Notes: a model not told the origin generated them from the letters alone. DNA of 64,000 bases from the human T2T-CHM13v2.0 reference genome, Homo sapiens (GCF_009914755.1 NC_060944.1); one strand, 5' to 3'. Numbered from the stretch's first letter, positions 28,301-51,182 are shown. Made by a program: numbers and translations.

Positions 28301-28819
28301 GGCTGAAGGCTCCCTGCAGGAGTCAGATTCCCAGTTATTCATTGACGCAGCCCTCATTTCATTAATTGTGCATTCGTTCATTCACTTACTTGTCAAGCAT
28401 TTACTGAGAGCTATCAATGGCCCGACGTTTTTCTAGGGCTGTGGATATGGCAGGGAGCAAAACAAAGTCCCTGCTCCCATGCTTCTTACATTCTAGGGGT
28501 AAAAATTCAGACCTTGAACAGGCTAGGCCTCCGCTCACAACACGTCCATGCCTCGTTATCTCGCCCCGCATAAAAGACAGTCTCATGGCCTGCCTGCAGG
28601 ACCCATGAGAGATGGGCCAGTTCCTCCCTCTCATCAAGGGATCCGCTAGCTTCCTCTGCTCCAGGCGCCTTGCCCTCCTTGCTGTTCCTGGAACTTGCCA
28701 GTTATCTTGCATTTGCCTCAGGGCCGTTGCATTAGCTGCTTCTGTGCCTGGAGCACCTTTCCCTTACCGATGGGCAAGGCGCTCTCCCCGCTTTCTTTGG
28801 GCCTCTGCTCCAAGGCCAC

Positions 28820-29356
28820 TTTCTTAGGCACAATCCTGTCTTCTGGGTCCTCAGCTTCTTTGCCCTCTTGCCTCTCCAAAGAGGAACTTACTTGTTCAGC
28901 TTACTTGTTCTTTGTTCTCTATTTTCAAAGCCTAACTTCCTTGTTCTTTGTACCTCCTTACCCCTAGTTACGGTAAACAACCTTCCCGCGGGTCCTAATC
29001 TATAACTCACATCTGTTCCCTTGGATACCCTCGCTACAATTGCCATTCCCGCGGAAACTCTTCTTCCTGCCGAAACCGCTTGCCCTACCACTGTAGCCCA
29101 CATTTCTGCTCCATTTGAACTAGCCAATCGGGATTAGCTTAGATTGCGCAGTCCAGCCCCAGCCAATGGGAACAGGACACAGAAGCAGCGACTAACCGCA
29201 TTAGGGATAAAAACCCCTTCTCTCTTTTGTTCGGTGTGCTTTCCTGAAGACCAGATGTGCGAGTGGCACCCTTCTGCAGAAGTAAATTGGCTTTGCTGAA
29301 AAATCTTTTATTTCAGTGCTGGTTTTCCTTGAGACTTCGAGCTTTAATTTCCAACA
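28820..29356 (+). mobile_element. ERV1 solo LTR, LTR10(B)-like; 5' boundary uncertain
   Basis: two CCAAT boxes, gataaaa, gcagaagtaaa motif and ccaaca end shared with the LTR at 61659. Confidence 0.7.
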
Positions 29357-30489
29357 CCACCGTGGGACACTCTTCCCTTCCTCTTCCTCTGTCGGCCCCT
29401 GCTCATTCTTCAGCTCTCAGTTCAGGTGTCCCTTTCTCAAGGAGACCTTGAGAAGGTGCCCAGGCTTAGTCAAAACCCCTCTTAATCAGGTTATGAACAG
29501 CACAAAGTCCAGTCTTCCCTCAATTGACACAATAGTTGCTTTCCTGGAAAATTCGGTGTCTTATTAACACTGTGCAAGAAATCCTTTAAGTTTATATGAC
29601 AAACGAGTTAGGGCTTGGGTTAGGTTATTAGGAGCATGGTTGCAGCCACAATAGGCCCTGGCAGGAGGCATGGGAGGAGGGTCCTTTCTTTGTGGTGTGA
29701 GACTCTCCTTTCTATTGCAAGGCCACCCAGGACCAGCCCCGGTCCCTAGGACTTACCCCTTTCATCATTGTGTCAACTCGAAATGCACCCCAACTTTCCA
29801 GGAAGTCCAAGAAGCTAGAGGCTCACTCTGGACCTCACGATTGGCAACCAGTAAGGTCTTTCTACCCTGGAAACTGACAACGACTAACCCCAGCTTAAAG
29901 ATCTGCAGGCGATCAGCTCCTCAAGGTCCAGTTCCCTGGCTGGTATTGGAGTCATTGAAACTCATTGTCACCCCCCCTCTTCATTTTTGGGCCATCAGGG
30001 AAAGCTCTTTGTTCGGCCAGAGGGTCCCTGATCCCTCTTCTAGAGGCCTTGAGGGCATCCTTTCCCATAACACTACCTGGCAGCTAGTGTTTACTGAGCA
30101 CTTACTATGCCCCTAGACACTCTGCAAAGAGCCTTAGATACACTAACTCATGCACCCTATGAAGTGAGTTCTATTGTTATCATTTCCATTTTGCAGATGG
30201 GGAAACCTAGACTTCTAAAGAGTTTTGAATCCAGGTATGGCACAGCTCCTGAGTCTGCTTCTAACCGCTACACCACACTGTCTCTCCTTAGACTGCAGGA
30301 CTGTGCTGGTCACTTCCTATGGCTGGTTTCTGGAAGCAGCTCCAGATGACCCAACTGGAGTTTAAGGCAGGGGATGTGAGGGCATGAACTTGAAACTACA
30401 TTTACATAACACTTATCTAAGTGTCCTTAACAAAACTAGAGAAGGAGGTGCTGCAGGCTCAGCTTTAGCTCCACTCTCCTATGTCCAAC

Positions 30490-30810
30490 CACACCAGCCC
30501 CCAACCTCCAGCCCCATCCCACCCAAGCCCCATCCCCAAATTCTACCACCACGACCACCTCCAGCCTCACCTCTACCTCACAGATCCGCCACCAGCACCT
30601 GACCCACCCCGCCCCACTTTCCCTTCTAACTCCACCCTCAGTACTAAATGCACCCCACCCTCCAAAGCCCACTTTCACTCCATTTCACCCCCAGCCCCCT
30701 CCGGGCTCATCTCCATCTTCCTTCCCACTCCAGTCTCACCCCAGCCCCTCCCTTTAATCCTATCTTCCACCACCTCCCGCCCCACCCCAGCCTTCCTTTG
30801 GCACCCCCTC
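30490..30810. repeat. C-rich low-complexity tract (G-rich on minus strand)
   Basis: many CCC/CCCC runs, very few G. Confidence 0.8.
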
Positions 30811-31337
30811 TGCCGTGTCCTCACTGGTGGTGACTTCACTTTGGGCAGGAGCTGTGTGTACCCAGGACTGGTGTCTCCTCTGACCCCCTACTCCAGTCCC
30901 CTAAGCGCTAAACCCTCTATAGCTTAGGGGGCCAGGGGAGCTGCTAGGTGGAGCAAATGATTGATTTCTCAGCTGACATTCAGACCTTCCAGAGGCCCCT
31001 ATACATGGAAGCTGCCGGTACCACTCACCCTTCTCTACTACCTCAGCCTCAGCACTGCCTTCTTCTACCACTCTTCTTCACAAAAGGTGACAGAGCGAGA
31101 CTCTGTCTCAAAAAAAAATAATAATAATAATAACAACACTACCACTGCCTCAGCAAAGTTGGGACTATTTGTCTCTCTTTTCACAACATCTTCAACTAAT
31201 GACAATAATAATAAAATAACAGTACTGCCAGCCGGTGACTAATGCTTGGTTGCATTAGTCAGCAGTGAGAACCAATGAAAACTGCAATGAGATTCCCTTT
31301 TGCCTTATCCAACTGGTAAAACATTTACAAGTCTGAC

Positions 31338-32337
<1,000 letters not shown>

Positions 32338-34539
32338 TGACCATAGGAAATATTGGCATAAGCCTGAAACAACAGGAATTTTCCTGTGTCTAACAGCAGT
32401 ATATGTTGGCTTAATGGCATTGGGGCATGATTTGGCCAATCTAGTGGAGTTGAAGAAGCACAGAACCTGTATAACCCTCCAGTTCTACTTGTGGGTGTGT
32501 GCACTTGTGCATGCATCAGGAGACACAGTGAAACTGTCTCTGTTTGGGATAGCGAGAAACTGGAACAACTAAGGTCTCCATCCATCAACAGAAATCACAA
32601 ATGTAATATGTTAATACAATGGAATACTATACAGTTCTGAAGATGAATGAATTAGAGTTACAGGTAACCAACCTGGATATAACTCAAATGTTGAGTCAGA
32701 AAGCAAGGTTGAGAATGATCTGTGTAGCAAAGTGCCATTAATCAGTGCCATTTAGATAGAATTTAGAAATGTGCTTGACTAGGCCTGGCATTCCCCACTT
32801 TCTCAGGCCAATGACATGTAGCTGCTCTCTGGGCGGTGTGTCTTGTGGAGAGGACGGACTATTCTTGACCTGGCTGGCACCTCCTCTCACTGCACCCCGA
32901 TACCGCCACCCCAATACTGCATGCAGCAGGGCTGCCATCCTTGGGTTGTCAGGTTATAGGAAGCCCCTGTCAAATGGTGTTTGCTCCTTTTCTTCCTCCA
33001 GCTCTAGGTCTAACCTGCAGGGGGAAATGGAGGGTCCTCGAGCCCGAGGAGAGTGGCGTGAATAGACCTATCTCTCACAGGGAGCAGTCACAAAGTCTGG
33101 GACTTTGGCAGCCTTGATGGGGGTTCCTTGGGGCAGGAAGAGCATGGGACAAGAACCATGGGAAGGGAAGGAAAGAGCTAAAGAAGAGCTGCAGGAAGGA
33201 GAAAACAGAAGGGGAGGGAGAGAAACGGATGCCCTGATTCAGGGATCTTGGAGTGTAGTCACTGACATCAAGGCACCAGATCTGAAGGCCCAGGCAGGAC
33301 ATGTAATAGTGGCCTGTTGGCCCTTAGTGGGGGCTGTGGCATGCCCCCTGCTCTGTCTTTGGTGGGTCATCTCACCTGTGCAATGCCTGGGGCCCCAAAG
33401 CAGCAGAAGGGCTGGGCTGAGGAGTTCTGTCTCCCATCCATTCCCCACCCTTTCTATCTGTGGTCAGCAGGTTTCCCAGAGTCCCCACGAAGGGCCTTAA
33501 ATTGTTCATCTTTTGTTATATTTGTCTTCTTTAGTGGACTTGCCTCCACCTTGCTCCCCTGCCATGTCCCTATAAGTCCCTGGATCCAAGCAGGGCCAAC
33601 TTTCTATAGGATTTTACAACTGAGTCTGTGGTGAGTAGGGTCATCTGACTTCTGAAGTTGCCCGATAAGGGGCCCAGGCACTGTAGGCTGCCATGCTCCT
33701 TGTCATGGGGAGGATAGTGACTACAGTTTATAGTTAGAATTGCATAACAATAGCCTAATGAAATAATGTAACTATAATAATTATTTAGGGCTTCTTATGT
33801 GCCAGGTGCTGCACATATACCAATGCATTTTAGCCTCAAAACTACCTAATAAGGGAGACACGCATGTTATTACCAGTTTATAGACAAGGAAACTGAGAGA
33901 AACAAACTCACCCAAGAGATAAGTAGGAGAACTGGAATTTGAACCTGCACAGCCAGATTTCCGAGACTGTGTGCTTCATCTCTGCCATGTATGTAGTTCA
34001 GGCGTTTATGGGGTCTAATACAGGCCAGGCATTCTGCTTGGTGTTTGCTGTTCTTGTGCAAGTCAAGCACGCTCCTGCCTCAGGACCTTTGCATTCGCTG
34101 TTCCTTGTACTTTTCAGCTCTTCCCCTGGGTATCTGCAGGGCTCTCTTCCTCACCTCCTTCAGGTGTCTGCTCAAATGTCACTTTATCAGGAGGCCTCTT
34201 CTGTCCACCCTGCATAAAATAGTGTCACTTCCCCTTTGCTCTGGCAACTTCCTTCCCCCTCCTCCTGCGTTGTGAAGGCCCTCAGCACTCAGTATAGTGG
34301 GGCCTGTTACTCACCTAGGGTTACTTGCTCATTGTCTGTCTTCTCTCGGGAGGAGGTAAGCTCTGAGAGAGCAGACTTCTGTTTCTTTCTCAGCACACTG
34401 ATTAGGGCCTGGCACAGAGTCAGCTTTCAACCACGTTTCAGGATTCAATGAGGGTGGCTACAATAGTGGACCATTAGGTTCCTGTCCCCAGGGAGCTCAA
34501 ATTCTAGTGGGGACAACTAACAACCATCAAGGAAGCAGA

Positions 34540-34702
34540 TACACAAACACACACGCACACACAGACACGCACACACGCACACACGCACACACACGCACAC
34601 ACACGTGCACACGCAGGCACACAGATGCACACATGCATGCACACACACCCACATAGGTGCACACACACATGCATGTGCGCTCACACACACACACCACACA
34701 CA
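34540..34702. repeat. degenerate (CA)n/(CACG)n microsatellite
   Basis: seen directly. Confidence 0.9.
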
Positions 34703-35027
34703 CGTTTTCAGGTAGCAGTAAGTACTATGAAGAAAACTTAAGTGGCAAGCAGGAATGAGAGTGATGGAGGTGCTTTTTTGGATAGAGTGGTCCAGAGAGG
34801 CCTTTTGAAGGTAAGAGTTAAGCAGAGACTTGAATGAATCAGGGAGCTTTGTGTGGTCAAAGTCCAGAGGGGTGCTGGAGAAGAGTCAGCTTACAGGATC
34901 TGGGGAGATGAGGTCAGAGGGGGTGGCAGGGACCAGCTCATGCAGGGCCCTACAGGGCTAGGGGGCTTGCAAGGGCAGGTGGGACCCACCTCCAGTTAGT
35001 GGAGAACCACCTCCATGCTTTCCTGCT

Positions 35028-35520
35028 GTTTCAGCTTCCCGTGGCCGCTGTAACAGATCACTGCAAACCTGATAATTTAAAACAACAGAAATTTATTTTC
35101 TCATATTTCTGAAGTCCCGAAGTCTGAAATCAAGGTATTGGCAGGGCCACACTTCCTCCGGAGGCTCCAGGGGGAGAATTTCTTCCTTGATTCTTCCAGC
35201 TTCTGGTGGCTGCTGGCATTCCTTAACCTGTGGTCACATAGCTCCAAACTCTGCCTCTGTGGTCACATTGCTTTCTCTTCTACATCGAAGATCCATCCGT
35301 GTCTCTCTTGTAAGGATACTTAACATCTCTTTTAGGGCTCACTTAGATAATCCAGGGTAAACCCCCACCCCCATCTCAAGATTCTTAATTTAATCACACC
35401 TGTATAGTCTTGTTTTCTTTTTTCTTTTTATTTTTACTTTTGCCATACAAGGTAACAGTCAAAGGTTCCAGAGATTAGGACATGGATATCTTTGGGGTGG
35501 GGGTTAGTATTCAGCCTACC
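35028..35520 (-). mobile_element. MLT1-type MaLR LTR
   Basis: gctgtaaca...aaacaacagaaatttatt...gataatccagg...cttaatttaatcaca. Confidence 0.75.
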
Positions 35521-35775
35521 TTCCCTACCCTCTCTAATGTCTGGTAATTCAATAATTTATTCCATTCTCAGACTAAATTACTGTTGTCGCTGGCTTAGTT
35601 CAAGCTGTTTTTCTGTTTGTGGTAATGAAAAACATCTAGACTCATCTACTCGCCGCTATAGTGAGTGCTAATAAATGTTTGCCTGGAAAGAGAACAGGGA
35701 ATTTACATGTATCGAGTGCACGCAGTGCACACAGCACATAGTAGGCCCTCAGTAAATGCAGAATTGAATTGGTTC

Positions 35776-36072
<297 letters not shown>

Positions 36073-37363
36073 TGAATTGGTTCTTACACAATGCAGAGAA
36101 GTCCACATTAGTATCCTGGATGTTCCGTGATGGGAAGGGACTCTGATTAGTCACTGAGGGTGCACAGGGAGGAGGCAGAGGCCTCAGGGTTAAAGGCAGG
36201 TGTGTCTGACTCCTGGACATGCACACTCTTCCCCATGTCAGGGCTTCTCAGTCCACTAGATGGTGGTAGCACCCCCCAGGTTGTGCCAACCAAAAACATC
36301 TCTAGACATTGCCAAAAGTCCAGTGGGGGCAAAATCACTCATCTTGGGAACTACTGCCCCATATCATGCTGCCCCAGGGGAGGTGATAGTGGGAAGAAGT
36401 GCTGGCTAGCTAGCTGGGCATTGAACTCAGGTGTCCCACAGGGCAGGTGAGAGGCTGTCTGTATGCTGCTGTGGTGGAGATAACTGGTTATCCCCTGATA
36501 TCTGCCATCTGGTTTCTCTAGTGAAAACTTGCAGCTGGGCGCATTGCTGCCAGAAATAAAGACTACATCTCCCAGTGTTTCTTGCAGCTAGGTGTGACCA
36601 TGTGACCACATTCCAGCCAAGTAGAGATAAATGAGGTGGCCAAGTTCCTGACTGTGCACTTAAAGGGGAGGGTCCTGCTCCCCTTTCCTGCCTTCTTTTC
36701 CAGTCTGGCTGCCTAGAAGGTGGACCTGGTAGCAATGAGATCAGTGAATCCTGGGTCTCAATACCAGGGAGTCTCTGTATTGCTTGGCCTGCTGATGGTC
36801 AACTTTCTGGTTGATTTCCACTGGTTTAAGCCACTGTTATTTAAGAGCTTTGTTATAGTTGCTGAACCTGCATTCTAATATTATACCTGCCCAAGCCAGC
36901 CATGAGGGGGATGGAAGGAAGGCAGGAAGGAGTGGGGAGAAAGGTGTAGATGGAGGGGCACAGATGGTCTGGCTGGTTGAGTTCAGAGATTCTTACAGAC
37001 ATCTCCTGGGAAGAAGACTCTGAGTTGGATGTTGGAGGCCAAGAAGGATGTAGCGAGGTGGGGAAAGGGGCAGGGCACACCAGAAAGGGCTGCAGCAGGG
37101 GCAAGGGTGTTGAGGAGAGACTGAGCCAGGGACTGAAAAGCAAGGAGGTCTTGAACAGGCCAAAAAGAGAAAGGGAGACATTTTAGAGGGAAGCCCGGTG
37201 CAAAGAAGGGAATTTCACTAGGTGGACCAAAACCAGATGTAGGGATCTAGGAGTTTGTCATGAGGCCTGGGGGCACCTAGAGGCTGGGACTGGAGGTAGG
37301 GAAATGGTTGAGGAGCCCTGGCTCCTCTCCAACTCAGAGGGTCCTCACTCTGGGGCTGACCCC

Positions 37364-37615
<252 letters not shown>

Positions 37616-38533
37616 TCACATCCTGCTGCTGTATAACCTCTGGAGCTGTATCCTTTCTACATTGAAAGAGGAGATCAAAGACCACCTTCCCTCTGCCCTG
37701 GGCCCAGAGAACGGTTGCCCAATATTCTGCCTGCATCTGTAATCATCTCAGTCACATCCCTAACCTCTGCTATTCCTAATTGCCTAATGCAATCCTCAAG
37801 GTAATCCTACAGTGTAGGATAGTGATCCAATTTTTATAGATAAGGAGACAGACCCAGAGTGGGGAAATGATTTTCTCAGGGCCACATGTGTTAAAGAAGT
37901 CACGGGACCCAGGCCGTCTGGCCCCCATGAATGGCAGGAGCAGGGCCGAGCATCAGGAAGGCAAATCTGACCACATCTATCACAAGCTCCCACCAGATAC
38001 TGAGAGTCCTTGAATGTTAACATGAGATGTGCTAGGCACAGTTCTGGACACCTGGCATGTGTGATCTCCTTGAGTGCACACACAACCCCATGAAGTAGGG
38101 TCTCTGATTCTTGTCCCCTCCCCGCTAGTTCATAGAGTCAGATACCAGACTCAAGGGGCGAGAACCTGCCCATTACACTAGGAAGGGGCTCCATCCAGGA
38201 GGCTTAGCTACAAAGCCATGTTCTCCAGTGTCGCTGTGCATAGCCTCACAGTGTGTCCCTACACTCAGAATCACAGGGAGCTCACCACCTCTCAAACAAC
38301 ATTTCCCACTAAACAGTTACATGGCCCTGGCTATGAGAAAGTTCGTTATAGCTGAGCTGTTATAACATGGTTCTCTGGGGTCCTAGTTCTGCAGTTGAGA
38401 TGAAGTCCTGGGAGCATTCTTGGTGGCAGGTTAGCCCCAGGAGTCTGGGACTGCTCCCTTCCCATGACCAAGCCATTCATGGCCCCCTTGCCTGTGGGGG
38501 ACTCATTGACTCCACTGAGGTGGGTACGCTCAC

Positions 38534-38599
38534 CTGTTGGAGACATCTCAGTTGCAGGTTCACTGGTGAATTCTGCCTCTTTGGAAGAGGTAGATTTTG
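38534..38599 (-). CDS. SIRPB2: SIRPB2 exon 4, Ser/Thr/Glu-rich stalk AKSTSSKEAEFTSEPATEMSPT
   Basis: acceptor ttgcag|CA, donor CAG|GTGAG, 66 nt. Confidence 0.93.
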
Positions 38600-38870
38600 C
38601 TGCAAGGGAGAGAGGCTTTGTCATACTTCCCTTTATCTTTATCTCCCACCACTTCCTAAGTCCCAGGAGCTGGGATCTCTGGGATGAGTCTGCCAGTTTC
38701 TATGTGGGTATGGGCTAGAAGTCAAACCCTGCAGCTATGAAGGACAAAGTTAGACTTTCTACTGGAGCACGTTTAGGGTATGGACCTGTCTAATTCATTG
38801 CAGTGTCTGCAGTACTTAGCATAGTGCAGGACACTCAACAGTCATGTAGTAGATGTTTGTTGAATTATTA

Positions 38871-39864
<994 letters not shown>

Positions 39865-40668
39865 CTACCTGGTGTTTTCCCTCCCTTCCTTCTTTCCAGA
39901 TTTCTTCACTCAGCCACTCCTTCCTGCTTTCTTTATTACTCACCAGTTGACTCATTCAGTAAAAAAGCTCTGAGTACCTACTACATACCAATGGTAGGAT
40001 TGGGGAACATGAAACTCAGGAAGACACAAGTGCCCGGCCCTGAAGCCATTCTCTGTCTTCCAGTGGAGATGGTCAAAAAATTGCCCAGAGGCGGAAACCC
40101 AGAAGATGGCAGGACTACAGAGGAGGCACCATCATAGCTCGGAAGAAGCCAGTGAAGCCTTCCTGAATCTGGCATCAAGTTAAAATGAACTCCCACGTAC
40201 AGATACTCTCCATGTCACCAGTTTATGGGGTGTTTCCACAAGCATCCATTCTATTTAATCACCCGAATGACCCTTGAAGTACAAATTGTTTTGCCTGTTT
40301 TTCAAGCAAAGCACTTGAGGCATGTAGAGCCAGGGTAACTGACTTAAGAAGGAACTACTATTCAATGACAGGCCCAGGATTTGGGTATTCAGGTCACCAT
40401 AGGTGGACTTACAGATGCCATGATTGAGTACTTGGGGAGTGTGGTAGATGACATGATCAGCCTCAGGTTTTGACTCTGTGCTTGTAATAGGGTACATCCA
40501 CACTCTTACCTTTGGTGCATGGTGGAAGACTATTCTTCCTTGTCCCTTGACTTGGAGCTGAGCCATGTGACTTGCTTTAGCCAGTGGGCTGTTAGCAGAC
40601 ATAATGTGAGTAGATGCTTGAGGTGTACTTGAAGAGTTGGGACTGGGCTTCTGCTTCTGCCATCTTTA

Positions 40669-41382
<714 letters not shown>

Positions 41383-41624
41383 TCATTAGACAGGGAAGGG
41401 AAAGAGGGGATGAGATGGCTGGCTGCAGAGAGAGAACTGAGCTATGCAATGGCAAACCTACAAACAATAAATAACACTCAAGTGCTCACCGTGTGCTGGG
41501 CCCTGCGTGCATGATGTCACTTATTCTTCACAATGCTTCTGTAAGGTAAATGGCATCATTCCCATTTTTTGACAGAGGAAACTGAGGGTCCGGAAAGGTT
41601 AGGCAGCTGTCCCAGGATCATCGG

Positions 41625-42000
41625 CTAGGATTGTGTCTCCCGAATGCACATGTTGATGTCCTAACCTCCAGTTCCTCAGAATGTGATGTATTTGGAGATA
41701 GGGTCTTTAAGGAGGTAATTCAGTTAAAATGAGGTCATTGGGGTTGGGCCTTAATCTCACCCAACTGGTGTCCTTATAAGGAGAGGAAATTTAAACATAC
41801 GCATGCAGGGGGAAGACCATGTGAAGATACAGGGAGAAGGTGGCCGTCTATAGGCTGAGGAGAGGCGCCTCAGACAAACCAGCCCTGCAGACATCTTGAT
41901 CTCAGTTTCCAGCCTCCAGAATTGTGAGAAATTACATTTCTATTGTTCAAGCCGCCCAGGCCATGCTACTTTGTTATGGAAGCTCTGGCACACTCAGACA
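41625..42000 (+). mobile_element. MLT1B-like MaLR LTR
   Basis: tatttggagatagggtcttt, ccagcctccagaattgtgaga motifs. Confidence 0.75.
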
Positions 42001-42350
42001 TCACTCAGTAAGAGGGTGACAGGCTTGATTCAAGCCCTCTCAACCTGTTTCTGGAGCTCTGGCTATTAATCTTCAAATGCCACCCTTCAGAGACATAGGT
42101 TTGTGTGTTGCGGGGTTCAGTGTAAATACCCTTTCTGCCTCATGTGAATTATCAGCAGACTGCAGTTCGTGTTAATGTGTTATGAAGTGAGGCTATTTTG
42201 AAGATAGGTTGAACTGTTGAGTTTATCCTCAAAGTGGATACAGAGAAAGAGGGCTGAGGCCTCCCATGGATATTCTGGGTAACAAACATCATCACATGTA
42301 TTCCTTCTAAGAATTCTGTGAGGTAGATGCTGTTATAATCTCAATTTTAA

Positions 42351-42569
<219 letters not shown>

Positions 42570-43389
42570 TGAGGTGAACCATGCATTCAGTAGATATCGT
42601 GTCCAGGATTTGAACTCAGATCAGGTGACTTAAGATTCTGCTCAACTCAAGGTCAGCAGCTTTGTACCCCGAGTTTCCTTTTTGTCTGTATTCCCATCAG
42701 CCTTTGTGAATAGCTCAGTCTCACTCCACACATTTGTTTGCAGTATATCATGGTGTTTCTCAGTTGTGAATGAGGCAAGGAGAGTAAGAAGGTGAAGCAA
42801 ACATTTCCTTCTAAGAGGGTCTAGGAAAGACTTATGGAATTCTAAATTCTATTTCTACCTATCTTCAGCTAGGCATGTGCTGTTAACCACCAAGAATAAC
42901 TTTCTCACAATTGTGACCAAGTGATAACCGCATGTTGAATCCTAGGGATTGCTTCTGTCCTTGATGTCCTTAGTTCCAAGAAATTCAGCGACATCCACTC
43001 TCAAACATTATTTGAGCTAGTCAGATCTGTTATCACTGATCCTTCCTGTTTTTTTCCCTGGCCTCAGGGAGTTTCCTCACACACACGTACAGGACTGTGC
43101 CCATCACTCAGCACAGGGCTAAGAATGGTGCCTGTTCCCACCAGCCAAACTGGTAAAACCCATGATTGTCAGGGCACTGGGGAAAGTCCACAGAAGAGAG
43201 ATGCAGCCCAGAAAGAAGTGTTCTGGTCCACCCAACAAATCTTAAAAGCAAGGCCCCAAACTGATTTTAAAAAAAAATAACATTCTATTGTGAGGCTTCT
43301 AACACATGTATATGTAGAAGTTATGACATCGATAGAATAAAGACTGGGAGTGGAGAAATGTGAGTTTACTACTGTAAGTTTCTTTTTTT

Positions 43390-45165
<1,776 letters not shown>

Positions 45166-45167
45166 TA

Positions 45168-46589
45168 TTGGTATAATAGACCAAGGGCATAGAATACATA
45201 GACCAATGGTATAATAGACCAATGGCACAGAATAGAAAACACAGAAATAAATCCATGTATTTACAGCCAATTGATTTTTGGCAAAGGTATCAAGAATACA
45301 CATTCAATAAATGGTGCTGGAAAAACTGGATATCCATATGCAGAAGAATAAAGGTAGACTGCTATTTCTCACCATATACCAAAATCAACTAAAGATGAAT
45401 TAAAGATCTAACTGTAGGACCTAAAACTATAAAAACTACTAGGAGAAAACAGGGAAGGGACTCCAGGACACTGGTATAGGTAAAGATTTTATGACTAAGA
45501 CCTCAAAAGGGTCAGGCAACTAAGACAAAAATAGACAAATGGGACTATATTAAACTAAAAAGCTTCTTCATAACAAAAGCAACTATCAACACAGTGAAGA
45601 GACAAACTCTTGAATGAGAGAAAATATTTGCAAAGTACTCACCTGACAGGGGACTAATCTAATATCCAAAATATACAGGAAACTCAAACAACTCAACAGT
45701 TAAAAAAAATCTCATTAAAAAGTGGGCAAAGGACATGAATCAACATCTCTCAAAAGAAGACATACAAATGGCCAACAGGCACATGAAAAAATGCTCAACA
45801 TTACTAATCATCGGGGAAATGCAAATCAAAACCACAATGAGATATCATCTTACCCCAGTTGGAACGACTGTTAAAAAGGCAACAATAAAAAAAAAAAACA
45901 AAATAAATAAACAAACCACCACAAATATATGCTGGTAAGGTTGCAAAGAAAAGGAAACTTTATACATGGTTGGTGGGAATGTAAATTAGTACAGCCACTA
46001 TGAAAAACAGTATGGAGACTTCTCAACAAACTAAAAATAGAAATGCCATATCACCCAGCAATACCACTACTGGATGGCCAGTATGGAATACTATTTGGCT
46101 ATAAAAACAAATGAAATTCTGTCATTCGTAGCAACATGAATGAAGGTGGAGTTCATTATGTTAAGTGAAATAAGCCAGGCACAGAAAGACAAACATCACA
46201 TGTTTTCACTCATACGTGGAAGCTAAAAAAATTGATCTCATGAAAGCAGAGGGTAGAATGATACCAGACGTGGGGAAAAGTGAGTGTAGGGAGAGGGGCA
46301 TGAGAGAGATTTGTTAATGGGTACAAACATACAGTTAGATAGAAGGAATAAGATCCTGCCATTTGATATCAGAGTATGGTAACTGTAGTTAACAACAATG
46401 TATTGTAGATTTCAAAATAGCTTGAAGAGAGGACTTAAAATGTTCCTAACACAGATAAATGAAAAATACATGAGGTGATGGATATCCTAAATACTTTGAC
46501 TCATTTATTACACATCCTATGCATGGAACAAAGTATTACATGAACACCATAAATATGTACAAATGTTATGTATCGATTAAAAAAGAAAA

Positions 46590-46590
<1 letters not shown>
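45168..46590 (+). mobile_element. L1MA-type ORF2 C-terminus and 3' UTR
   Basis: ORF 45735..45938 [35 protein letters not shown]; A-rich end. Confidence 0.85.
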
Positions 46591-50580
<3,990 letters not shown>

Positions 50581-51017
50581 TTATTTGTAAAGATGAAGCC
50601 TGCGTGTGTGAGGAGAAAGAAGCAATGGAGGAGAGGAAGAAGGAAGCACTCAGAAAGTCTTATCTCAGCTAGGGGTGAGTCTGGGGAAGTGAACACCAGG
50701 GAAGAAGCTGGAGCCTGGACTCAGTCCTGGTGCCCACACCCCTTCCCTCCCTCTCCCCTTCTGAGTCCCCTTCTGTGTTGTCACTTGGGCTTTAGGAGGT
50801 GTCCTAGGAGGTTTGCCTCTGCCTTGTCAGTGGAGCTGGACCTTCTCATCTATTTTCCATCTGCATCCTCTGCCTTTCATGGTTCCTGTATGGGGCTCCC
50901 TTTAAAAGCCTTATAGAAAATGTGTTAGCCCCAGTCTCCTCTACTGCAAAATAGGGGCACTCATATTTTTCTCGGGGCTGCTGTGAGTATTAAATAGAGA
51001 AGTGGTGAGGCTCAATC

Positions 51018-51182
51018 CTGGGCCAGCTACGTAATTTGTGAGGCCAAGTGCAAAACGGGAATGCAGGTCCCTTGTTCAAAAACTATTGAGCAACACAGCA
51101 GAACATTAAACCAAGCATGGGGCCCTTCTAAGCAGGAGGCTCTGTGCCACTATATAGAGGGCACACCCAAGAACCAGCCCTG
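51018..51182 (-). mobile_element. MER45A-like hAT-Tip100 element, copy 1
   Basis: recalled MER45A consensus; reverse complement of copy 2. Confidence 0.75.

Noticed and set aside
30481-30927. 148-aa proline-rich ORF
   Set aside because: By-product of the C-rich low-complexity tract; no splice or homology support
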